Positions 35,186 to 43,318 of a stretch of 64,000 bases of DNA are shown in pieces. This stretch comes from Clostridia bacterium. GTDB taxonomy: Bacteria; Bacillota; Clostridia; Acetivibrionales; DTU013. Made by a program: the position numbers and the translations under genes. Location of the stretch: contig DATALQ010000014.1 in the NCBI GenBank assembly GCA_036260935.1, forward strand, positions 73,432 to 137,431, read 5' to 3'. The notes below the pieces were generated by a model. The model had not been told where the DNA came from, made no database searches, and saw only the letters and a list, made by a program, of their open reading frames with translations. Positions within the stretch are counted from its first letter, which is position 1. Every line of letters begins with the position of its first letter.

Positions 35186-35215
35186 AACAGGCGCCCGTGT
35201 AATTCAGCGCCTGTT
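35186..35215 (-). terminator. Rho-independent terminator for the minus-strand MCP operon
   Basis: AACAGGCGC-N12-GCGCCTGTT, followed on the minus strand by TTCTTTTTTG. Confidence 0.6.
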
Positions 35216-35251
35216 AATCTTATATCCGGTTCTATGGCAAGGATCTTCAGA

Positions 35252-35644
35252 TCAGATCCCATATTCCTCTTTCAGCCAATCCAGAGCTTCTTCCTTCGTC
35301 CGGAAATACTCAGTAACCAGTTTATCCGCATGGGATGTCTGCTGGTGGCGCTTTGCCTGGACCTTGATGGACGCCATGCCTCCGGCGGCAAATGCAAGTG
35401 CAACGCACCCTGCTGCTTCGCAGACCACATGCAGGTTAGCAAACAATTGCTGGGTCTCAGGATCAAGAATCGGCTCGAGTTTGTCAATAATCGGTACATA
35501 AGCCCATTTACCACCGAAGCTCTTTCCCTTTTTCAGCACATAATCAGTCAATTCTCTCACTGCATCCGGGGTGGACAATCCTACTCCTTCGGTAATTACA
35601 ACCTTTCTTCCGGGAACATCGTAAACATTCATCTTCCAGCTCAT
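35252..35644 (-). CDS. Small cytoplasmic protein of unknown function, possibly STAS/SpoIIAA-like, co-transcribed with an MCP
   Basis: 130 aa with balanced composition and strong RBS AAGGAGG. It lies 36 nt downstream of the MCP gene on the same strand. The fold assignment is a guess. Confidence 0.6.
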   Translation of the reverse strand: MSWKMNVYDVPGRKVVITEGVGLSTPDAVRELTDYVLKKGKSFGGKWAYVPIIDKLEPILDPETQQLFANLHVVCEAAGCVALAFAAGGMASIKVQAKRHQQTSHADKLVTEYFRTKEEALDWLKEEYGI

Positions 35645-35680
35645 TGTGCCTTACCTCCTTGATTTATTGTTTTCCTTTGT

Positions 35681-36895
35681 TCATCCTTTAAGCTCTTCCA
35701 GTACCTTGTTGAATCTATCGGATATTGCAACCATATCCCTTTTCATCTCACGGGACTGGTCCACGCCATCCGTAGAAGCCTGTGATATGGAATCTACCAG
35801 TGCGAGCACATTGTTGACCGAGGCAAGCAGCTCTTCCGAGGTTTTGTTGAAGCCGTTCACCAGTTCGTTCATGAATAGAGCGTCTTCATTGTACTTTAAA
35901 GAGACATCCTGCATGAAGACATAATCGTCGTTCACGTCCTCCGACATGAATTCCAGCAGCCTTTTGGAGCTTGATGCCAGATTGCCGACGGAATTCTCCA
36001 CCTGCTTCGTAACCTCCAGGATTTTGGACACGACTGTCTTGGATTGCTCGGCTAGTTTCCTGATTTCATCGGCGACTACCGCAAAGCCCCTTCCGGCTTC
36101 GCCTGCCTTCGCGGCCTCTATGTTTGCATTCAATGCAAGCAGGTTCGTTTTCGAAGTAATCTGAATTATGGAATCTGATAAAAAGGAAATCTGTTCGACT
36201 GTTCTCGATTCTTCAATGGCTTTTTCCAGCTCATCCCTGGTTTCCTCGAAAACCTGCTGCGCCTTTTCTCTGGAGTTGGCGAACCGGGCTTTCATATCCT
36301 GAGCAGTTTGGTTTATTTCGTTAACCGAAGATACGCCCTTAGAGGTTTTTGCGGCAATCTGCTGGACAGAGCCTGCGATATCAAGTGTTGCAGCGGCAAC
36401 ATTTTCCGAGGTATCTTCCGATTCCTTCATCGATTTTTCAAGCTTGCGGGATGCCTGACTGGCGCCTTCCATGCTTGAGCCCAACTCGACAAGAGCTTGC
36501 AGGACGGTATCTGGTAAAACGTTATTCTCATTCCCCAAGCCCGAGACTTGGCCTTTTATATATTTACAGACCCGATCCGCCGAACTTGCGAGGAATCCGA
36601 TTTCATCCCCTTTGTTGATCCATTCTGAAGGGATTTCCGATGAAAATACACCCGCGGCGGCGTCGTTCAGACTTTTGGCCAGCTTTGTAATCCGCTTGTT
36701 TTTGCGAGTTTCCGAAACGTAGGAACAAACGCGCAGCACAACAGCAATTGCCGCCGCTGCCAAAGCAATCAACCGGGGCATGTTTCCGCTTTCAAAAGCA
36801 ACCAGTAGTAAAAGACAGATGGTAATCGTGATTATAAGGAGCAGGTCGATCGGGAATAAGGGGATGTGTTTCTTTAACTTCAGTCCTTTCTTCAT
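35681..36895 (-). CDS. Methyl-accepting chemotaxis protein
   Basis: One or two N-terminal TM segments, a HAMP-like region, and the MCP signalling hairpin [40 protein letters not shown]. Confidence 0.9.
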   Translation of the reverse strand: MKKGLKLKKHIPLFPIDLLLIITITICLLLLVAFESGNMPRLIALAAAAIAVVLRVCSYVSETRKNKRITKLAKSLNDAAAGVFSSEIPSEWINKGDEIGFLASSADRVCKYIKGQVSGLGNENNVLPDTVLQALVELGSSMEGASQASRKLEKSMKESEDTSENVAAATLDIAGSVQQIAAKTSKGVSSVNEINQTAQDMKARFANSREKAQQVFEETRDELEKAIEESRTVEQISFLSDSIIQITSKTNLLALNANIEAAKAGEAGRGFAVVADEIRKLAEQSKTVVSKILEVTKQVENSVGNLASSSKRLLEFMSEDVNDDYVFMQDVSLKYNEDALFMNELVNGFNKTSEELLASVNNVLALVDSISQASTDGVDQSREMKRDMVAISDRFNKVLEELKG

Positions 36896-37158
36896 TTCAC
36901 AAACCTCCGGCTTTGAAATGTGTACAAGGTGTTGAAATCTTTTCCTTGGTTGAAATCATATCTTATAGCACTATTTTACAACTTGCGACAAATTAATGCA
37001 AATTTTTTATAAATTGCGCCAATGCCGCTTAAATCAGGATATATGAAAGGTGACGAATATTTGCAGCCGGCTGAAATACAATATATCGTTATACTTCCGG
37101 GTCCACGGCATTGTTTCCGTGAGGCCGGGTGAGCGAGGGGAGAGCGCCCTTGAAAAGA

Positions 37159-38022
37159 ATGGGGAGAGAGACCCATAATCGAATCGATAACGATTTCTAC
37201 AACAAGACGGGAGACAGCTGGTGGCAGCCGGATTCCCCCCTTTATCTGCTGCAAGCCTCCTTTAATCCCGCACGAACCGGCTATTTCAAAAGCATACTGT
37301 TCGAGAAAATGAAACTAGACCCCGGAGGAAAATCTGCGTTGGAGGTCGGCTGCGGAGGTGGCCTGCTCTGCGAGGAGATCGCCCGTATGGGCTTTGAAAC
37401 CGGCGGAATCGATCCTTCCGGTAATTCTCTGCGAACAGCCGCAAAGCATGCCAAAGCAAGCGGTTTGTGCATCGATTACAGACAGGGAACCGGTGAAGAC
37501 CTGCCGTATGTTGAGAATTCGATTGATGTTATATTTTGCTGTGATGTCCTTGAGCATGTCAACAATCCTGCAGTAGTTATTTCTGAGATATCCCGCATAC
37601 TGAAACCCGGAGGGGTCTTCTTCTATGACACTATCAACAGGACAGTCCTGAGCAGGCTCGCTGCGGTCAAACTGGCACAGGAGTGGAGGCGGTGGGCCTT
37701 TGCGCCGCCGAATCTCCATGTTTGGGAGAAGTTCATAAAACCTGCAGAGTTAAATAAAATACTTTGCGATAATGGTCTGGAGGGGAAGGAACAAAGAGGC
37801 TTGAAATGGAATGCTTCAACCTTTGAATTGCTTCATTGTCTTCACTGCCGGGCTAAGGGGCTGCTGACCTACGAAGATATCGGTAAAAAGCTGCTCATGG
37901 CGGAAAGCAAAAACAAAAGCATAATGTATATGGGTTATGCCATAAAAATGAATCATAAGGATCATAATGGTCGAAGTAAATATGTTGAGGATAAGGCAGG
38001 GGGTTTTTTTGAAGGAGCCTAA
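37159..38022 (+). CDS. Class I SAM-dependent methyltransferase, UbiG-like
   Basis: WWQPDSPL..L...NP.R..Y, SAM motif I LEVGCGGGLLCEE, and post-I/II motifs IDVIFCCDVLEHV and LKPGGVFFYDTINR. I chose the ATG at 37159; the GTG at 37129 is an alternative. Confidence 0.8.
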   Translation: MGRETHNRIDNDFYNKTGDSWWQPDSPLYLLQASFNPARTGYFKSILFEKMKLDPGGKSALEVGCGGGLLCEEIARMGFETGGIDPSGNSLRTAAKHAKASGLCIDYRQGTGEDLPYVENSIDVIFCCDVLEHVNNPAVVISEISRILKPGGVFFYDTINRTVLSRLAAVKLAQEWRRWAFAPPNLHVWEKFIKPAELNKILCDNGLEGKEQRGLKWNASTFELLHCLHCRAKGLLTYEDIGKKLLMAESKNKSIMYMGYAIKMNHKDHNGRSKYVEDKAGGFFEGA

Positions 38023-39910
38023 TGAATGTGAAAAAGAAGGCTTATGCAGTGAAGCGCTGAGCATTTCAAGAAATTGCAGGCATTATGCCATGTGCAAGGT
38101 AGATTTTCTCGAGACCGGCGTCTGTGCATCCGGGTCGGAAAAACACTATGCGAGTTTTTATCCCGTGGGCAGAATGGATCTATATGCAGCCCTCTCCGAC
38201 GGGATGGTGCCGGTGACTGAAAAATGTCTTGAAATCACGGACAGCTGCAACTTATGCGGCAAGTGTGATTACCAATGCTATTTCGTCAGCGAAATGCGTC
38301 CTTCCAAAGTTATGAAGGCTTTGAAACGGTATGTTAACGACTTTGTAAAAAGCGGAGGTAAAATTGTTCACTGCAGGGACGATGAAATCCTGACCGGGTT
38401 TAAAGCAATAGTTGGCGATTTTTGGGCTACCAACGATCCTGCGGTCAGAATCGCATACCATCACGACCTCTGCCCACATGTTACCTTTCACATGCCGGAG
38501 TACGTCATCCTGCCGGGTACGAAGGAAGAAATCTCATCAGTCATCAGGCTGTTGAACAGGTATGATATCCCCTACGCCGTACGCGGCAACGGCGCATCTT
38601 CCCACGGGCTGGTGTTCAGCGAGGGTGCCGTGATCGACCTGAACCGTATGAAAACCATCGAATTTCATGAAAAGAACTGGTTCGTCAAGGCGGGCCCAGG
38701 CGTTGCATCATATGACCTGCAGTACGCCGCAAGACAAAAGGGCTACAGGGTACATACCGCAGAACCGGCGGCACTTGTTTGCGCAAATCTCATGACCTCC
38801 GGCATCCTCTCCACGTTTTCCACTACATACGGGATATCTGCCGACAACTATATAGATGCGGAGTTTGTCGGAAGGGACGGCTCTTTTTTCAGATTGAATG
38901 ACATCCGTTCTCCGAATCTTTTTTCCTTCGATCCAGCTCTCTCGGAGCATCCGCCCTTTGCCGTATGTGTATCGGTCAGCATTAAGCTGCATCCTGTCAC
39001 ACACGACGAAGAAGGAGTCCTCGTTCCATTTGCTTCGTTGGGCGGCGCCCTTGCCTTTGCAGAGGAATGTGCGGTCAGGCACATAGGTCTTGCCATTGGC
39101 ATTCTTGGCAGCGATTTCGTCTCGACATTCATGGCTCCTTCGAAAAAGCTTGCCGCAGCTGTGAAAAGAGTATTTGAGGAGAAACTGGATATGCCCTTTG
39201 TTGTTCTTGTTATCGGTGATCGATATGCAATGAGAGCGATCCGGGAAATGGGGCATCCCGTGATAGATCAGTCCCTTTTCAAAACGCTTTACATGGGACT
39301 TCCGTCACTGGAATCGGCAGAGTGGCTGGATCTGCTGGAAGGGCTTTCGGACGACAAATGCTATTCCTATCTTCTGCTCAGCGGGTTCGGCGAACTGGCC
39401 TCCATAGCGCTTGCACCTTCTCCCGCCCAGTTGGCACGGACTATCGACCCCGAACTCAGAAAGGTTTTCACGGATATCTATTCAAGGCCGGAAATGAGCG
39501 ACCTTGCCTGGTTGAATACATTCAGGATACAAAGCTCGCGCTATTGCCGGGAAAATCCATGCGTTGCGCTGGTATGCTACCTCCCCGTTGATGTATCACT
39601 AATCACAGAAATCCTGCGCGGATTATGCAGTATCGCCGACAGGCATGGGATCAGAAACGGATTCGGTTTTATAACGCCGTTCGACAACGGGAAACGATGT
39701 GTTTGGGAATACGATTATTACTTCGACAACAATGATCCGGACGGTCTGGAGCGGATCCGGCAGGCGGCCGAGGAAGCCGGCTGTTTGCTGGATGAGTACT
39801 CCCGGAAAACCGGTACGGTGCGGCAGGTCCGTTATGTAACCAATCAGGGCTGCTGCAGGAAAGAAAATCTTCTATATGCCTGGGAGGGAGAAGAATTAAA
39901 TGGCCAATAA
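37967..39910 (+). CDS. FAD-linked oxidase (PCMH / FAD_binding_4 type) with a Cys-rich, probably Fe-S-binding N-terminal extension
   Basis: There are ten Cys in the first 104 residues, including CNLCGKCDYQC (CX2CX2CX3C, 38246-38278). A FAD-binding domain follows (ILPGTKEEISSVIRLLNRYDIPYAVRGNGASSHG...IDLNRM). The start at 37967 (TAAGGA upstream) overlaps the methyltransferase gene by 56 nt and is uncertain. Confidence 0.7.
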   Translation: MVEVNMLRIRQGVFLKEPNECEKEGLCSEALSISRNCRHYAMCKVDFLETGVCASGSEKHYASFYPVGRMDLYAALSDGMVPVTEKCLEITDSCNLCGKCDYQCYFVSEMRPSKVMKALKRYVNDFVKSGGKIVHCRDDEILTGFKAIVGDFWATNDPAVRIAYHHDLCPHVTFHMPEYVILPGTKEEISSVIRLLNRYDIPYAVRGNGASSHGLVFSEGAVIDLNRMKTIEFHEKNWFVKAGPGVASYDLQYAARQKGYRVHTAEPAALVCANLMTSGILSTFSTTYGISADNYIDAEFVGRDGSFFRLNDIRSPNLFSFDPALSEHPPFAVCVSVSIKLHPVTHDEEGVLVPFASLGGALAFAEECAVRHIGLAIGILGSDFVSTFMAPSKKLAAAVKRVFEEKLDMPFVVLVIGDRYAMRAIREMGHPVIDQSLFKTLYMGLPSLESAEWLDLLEGLSDDKCYSYLLLSGFGELASIALAPSPAQLARTIDPELRKVFTDIYSRPEMSDLAWLNTFRIQSSRYCRENPCVALVCYLPVDVSLITEILRGLCSIADRHGIRNGFGFITPFDNGKRCVWEYDYYFDNNDPDGLERIRQAAEEAGCLLDEYSRKTGTVRQVRYVTNQGCCRKENLLYAWEGEELNGQ

Positions 39911-41075
39911 TTCGGATCGTTCAATTGTACTGACAGGTGCGACGGGATTTCTCGGGGCTTTTCTGATGGCTGGACTGTTGGAAAGAGGTTACCGTGTGAC
40001 GGTGCTGGGCCGTTCTTCGAACGGAAGGAGTCTTGTTGAAAGAGTGTCGTCACTGACCCGCTGGTTCGGTATTCATGCGGATAACAGGTTGTCGTGCGTC
40101 GAAGCCGATTTTTCCAAAAAGCATTTAGGCCTGGACGACCATATATATGGAAGCTTGTGCGCACATACGGGCAAATTGATTCACTGCGCTTCGGATACCA
40201 GCTTTTTGGAGCGAAACCGGGCCCGTGTAATGGAAATGAACGTAAAAAGCATTTCCGCTCTGCTTGAATTTGCTGAAGATGCGGCAGTGGAAAAATTTTA
40301 TTACATCAGTTCGGCTTATGCTTCAGGAATCAGGGATGGCATATGTCTGGAGTCGCCTGTTACGGGCGGCAGCTTTACCAATGTGTACGAGGAGAGCAAG
40401 GCGATGGCTGAAAACAGTGTGATAAGCGCCTGCGAAAGGACCGGGATACCTCTTTGCATACTGCGCCCGTCCATTGTGTTCGGACATTCGGGAACAGGGA
40501 TGGCTCTGAAGTTTAATGCATTGTATTATGCAGTAAAGTCGCTGCTGGTGATCCGCGACATCTTTATTAAAGACATCCTGGAACAGGGCGGCGTACGCGC
40601 CGGACAGTGGGGCTTCCGGCTTGAAAGCGACGGAATGCTGCGTATGCCGCTGGGTATCCGCCTTAAGACTATGGGTATCGTCAACCTGGTACCAGTTGAC
40701 TATTTCGTTGAGGCAGCTATGAGGATAATCGAAGAGCCCGGATCTTTCGGAATCTACCATATCACCAGCGACAACCCTCCGGAAATCACCGCACTTATGG
40801 AATATGCCGAACGCTTTCTGCACATAAGGGGCATCCGTCTGGTCCTGGGTTCCTTAGCACGGAACTCCGAGCTGAACCCTGCAGAGGAATTGTTTAATAA
40901 ATTCATGGAGCAGTATCGCCCATATCTGGCCGATACCAGAAGCTTCGACCGGAGCCGCATCGATCGCATTACCGGCGGACTTGCCGTTCCGCCGTTCCAT
41001 TATGAGGTTTTCAGGCGCTGTATGAACTATGCCGTGCAGAATAACTGGGGCAGGATTAACGGGTTTCCATGCTAG
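39900..41075 (+). CDS. Stand-alone thioester/fatty-acyl reductase-like SDR (NAD_binding_4 type)
   Basis: Rossmann motif VLTGATGFLGAFL and catalytic YEESK. The length and layout resemble NRPS/PKS terminal R domains and fatty acyl-CoA reductases. The ATG overlaps the upstream stop by 11 nt. Confidence 0.75.
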   Translation: MANNSDRSIVLTGATGFLGAFLMAGLLERGYRVTVLGRSSNGRSLVERVSSLTRWFGIHADNRLSCVEADFSKKHLGLDDHIYGSLCAHTGKLIHCASDTSFLERNRARVMEMNVKSISALLEFAEDAAVEKFYYISSAYASGIRDGICLESPVTGGSFTNVYEESKAMAENSVISACERTGIPLCILRPSIVFGHSGTGMALKFNALYYAVKSLLVIRDIFIKDILEQGGVRAGQWGFRLESDGMLRMPLGIRLKTMGIVNLVPVDYFVEAAMRIIEEPGSFGIYHITSDNPPEITALMEYAERFLHIRGIRLVLGSLARNSELNPAEELFNKFMEQYRPYLADTRSFDRSRIDRITGGLAVPPFHYEVFRRCMNYAVQNNWGRINGFPC

Positions 41076-41100
41076 CAACGGTCTCGCGAACTCGGGTCTG

Positions 41101-41889
41101 TCAGGCGGGAACAACAACGACCGGCAGGCTGGCTCCTTTAAGCCGGGTAATTTCATTAACATCGCTTTTATCGTCGGTTACGAGCATATTTAAATCATTA
41201 AGATTACAGATCACTTTAAAGCCTGATTTTCCGACTTTTGAGTGATCAGCCAGCGCAATACTTCGATTGGCATGTTTAATCATCATTTGCTTTATATTAA
41301 CTTCCTTGGGATCGGTTATGGTAATGCCAGCCTGCGAGGATACGCCGTTGGGCGCCAAAAAAAAGATATCCGAACGGACCGTCTCCAATATTTTCTGGGT
41401 TATCTCATCTTGAAACGAGTATGTAAGCATGTTATAGTAACCGCCAACCACATATAAGTTTACTTTCTGGGATTTGGCAAGGATGGAAGCGGATATAAGT
41501 GAATTCGTAATTGCCGTTAATTCCAGCTGTGATTCCACGATCTTTTGGGCGAGGATGGCGTTGGTCGAACCTGAATCCAAAGTGATAATTTGACCGGGAG
41601 TTAAAATATTCCGGACGACATAGTCGGCAATTGCTTGTTTCTCGGCATTAAGGACGGATGTCCGCAGTATTACATCCGTATTGTAGGTTGTGTTTTCGGT
41701 GGCGACAGCTCCACCGTAAGTTCTTTTAATGAATCCTTGTTCTTCAAGGTAGCGCAGATCATTTCTTATGGTAGCTTCGCTACAATGTAAAATTTCGCAG
41801 AATTCATCGACATTCAGCAATTTGTTGGTAATTAAAAGGTTGCGTATTTTATTGTGGCGCGCGGCTCTGCTATCCAAGGACTTACTCAT
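41101..41889 (-). CDS. DeoR family transcriptional regulator
   Basis: N-terminal HTH RHNKIRNLLITNKLLNVDEFCEILHCSEATIRNDLRYLEEQGFI and a C-terminal DeoR sugar-phosphate-binding domain. Confidence 0.9.
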   Translation of the reverse strand: MSKSLDSRAARHNKIRNLLITNKLLNVDEFCEILHCSEATIRNDLRYLEEQGFIKRTYGGAVATENTTYNTDVILRTSVLNAEKQAIADYVVRNILTPGQIITLDSGSTNAILAQKIVESQLELTAITNSLISASILAKSQKVNLYVVGGYYNMLTYSFQDEITQKILETVRSDIFFLAPNGVSSQAGITITDPKEVNIKQMMIKHANRSIALADHSKVGKSGFKVICNLNDLNMLVTDDKSDVNEITRLKGASLPVVVVPA

Positions 41890-42002
41890 AACTTTCCCCG
41901 TTTCTTTGCCATTTCAATTAGAGAATTCAATAATTTATTATAACATATCAAGGCAGCACTACAATGTTTCATTATTACTATCGTATTTGATTATTAAAAA
42001 TA

Positions 42003-42031
42003 TTGACTTCGATAATATATATTCTTATAAT
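42003..42031 (+). promoter_or_regulatory. Sigma-A type promoter of the nitrilase-family operon
   Basis: TTGACT, a 17-nt spacer, then TATAAT. The spacer contains a CGATAATAT half-site. Confidence 0.5.
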
Positions 42032-42043
42032 ATAACCAAATGT

Positions 42044-42055
42044 ATTACCGGTAAT
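42044..42055. promoter_or_regulatory. Perfect 12-bp palindrome downstream of the promoter
   Basis: ATTACCGGTAAT is self-complementary. Confidence 0.3.
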
Positions 42056-42067
42056 CCATCAGATACA

Positions 42068-42091
42068 TATATTATCGTATGCGATAATATA
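42068..42091. promoter_or_regulatory. 10-bp inverted repeat, candidate DeoR operator
   Basis: TATATTATCG-TATG-CGATAATATA. The half-site CGATAATAT recurs at 42010-42018 inside the promoter spacer. Confidence 0.45.
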
Positions 42092-42172
42092 ATTATTAAA
42101 TTCATCAATAGTAGAAAAGGGGGATACCCCTCATTGACCAGAAATAAATAAATGTATAACCGGAGGTTTGCC

Positions 42173-43189
42173 ATGAACAGGAAAATAAAAGTAGCTTCAG
42201 TGCAATTTGAATCCGTACCTGGGGACAAGGGACGCAATCTATCAAAAATACAGAGCTTCGTCGAGGCCGCGGCAGAACAAAGTGTGGAAATCATAGCTTT
42301 TCCCGAGTGCTGCATTACAGGGTACTGGTTTATGCGGCATTTATCGAGGGATCAGATGATATCACTTGCAGAACCGCTTTTTGACGGCCCGTCTTGCCAA
42401 TTTCTCATGGGATTATCGAAAAGACACAATATGACAATTGGTGCAGGACTAATCGAGATCGCGCCGGATGGAAGGATTTACAAGCCATATGTCGTTGCAA
42501 TGCCGGATGGCACATTCCAAAGGCACCGGAAACTGCATCCCTTTGTAAACGAAAACATAGAATGCGGCAATGAATATACGGTGTTTGATACACCGCACGG
42601 CTGCAGGATAGGAGTGCTTATTTGCTACGATAACAACATAATTGAAAACGCCAGAATCAATGCAATAAGAGGAGCCCAGATACTGTTGGCTCCGCATCAG
42701 ACCGGAGGCTGCAGAACGAACAATACAAATGTCATGGGCGTAGTCGACAGGGAAGTATGGGATAACAGGTTTATTAACCCTGAAGAAATCGAGAGGGAGT
42801 TAAAGGGTCCGAAGGGGCGGGAATGGTTAATGCGCTGGCTTCCTTCCAGGGCTCACGATAACGGAATGTACGTTATTTTCAGTAATGGGGTAGGCGTTGA
42901 CGATGATGAAATAAGGACAGGAAATTCCATGATAATCGACCCTTATGGCAGAATCGCCGCTGAAACATGGAAAGCCGGCGATGATATGGTTATTGCCGAT
43001 ATCGACTTGTCAATAATACCGGGAAGCACCGGCAGGGGCTGGTTAATTACAAGACGTCCGGAAATTTACGGGGAATTGTCCAGACCAACAGGGATGGAGA
43101 AAAGTACACGCGAAGTAGTTTTGAGCAGGAAGGGGCAAGACGGGATGGGGCTGAAGACGCCGCTCGCCCGTCCATTAGACGATAAGTAG
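42173..43189 (+). CDS. Carbon-nitrogen hydrolase (nitrilase superfamily) protein
   Basis: The Glu-Lys-Cys triad contexts are present: IAFPECCITGY, HRKLHPF, GVLICYDNN. ATG at 42173 with GGAGG 6 nt upstream. Confidence 0.85.
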   Translation: MNRKIKVASVQFESVPGDKGRNLSKIQSFVEAAAEQSVEIIAFPECCITGYWFMRHLSRDQMISLAEPLFDGPSCQFLMGLSKRHNMTIGAGLIEIAPDGRIYKPYVVAMPDGTFQRHRKLHPFVNENIECGNEYTVFDTPHGCRIGVLICYDNNIIENARINAIRGAQILLAPHQTGGCRTNNTNVMGVVDREVWDNRFINPEEIERELKGPKGREWLMRWLPSRAHDNGMYVIFSNGVGVDDDEIRTGNSMIIDPYGRIAAETWKAGDDMVIADIDLSIIPGSTGRGWLITRRPEIYGELSRPTGMEKSTREVVLSRKGQDGMGLKTPLARPLDDK

Positions 43190-43318
43190 TTTATTGTTTA
43201 TACTAAAAAAGTAAATAGAAAAATTTTGTATGATATGGTATTTTAATTGAATAACGGTGGATTTGAATGAATATGTTTTTTGGAAACTTACGGCCGCATT
43301 GCGGGGAAGGAGAGAAAT

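Noticed and set aside
35159-35662. A 167-aa plus-strand ORF overlapping the small minus-strand gene.
   Set aside because: The minus-strand ORF has an AAGGAGG RBS, a terminator and a balanced composition. The plus-strand translation looks random and runs through the terminator hairpin.
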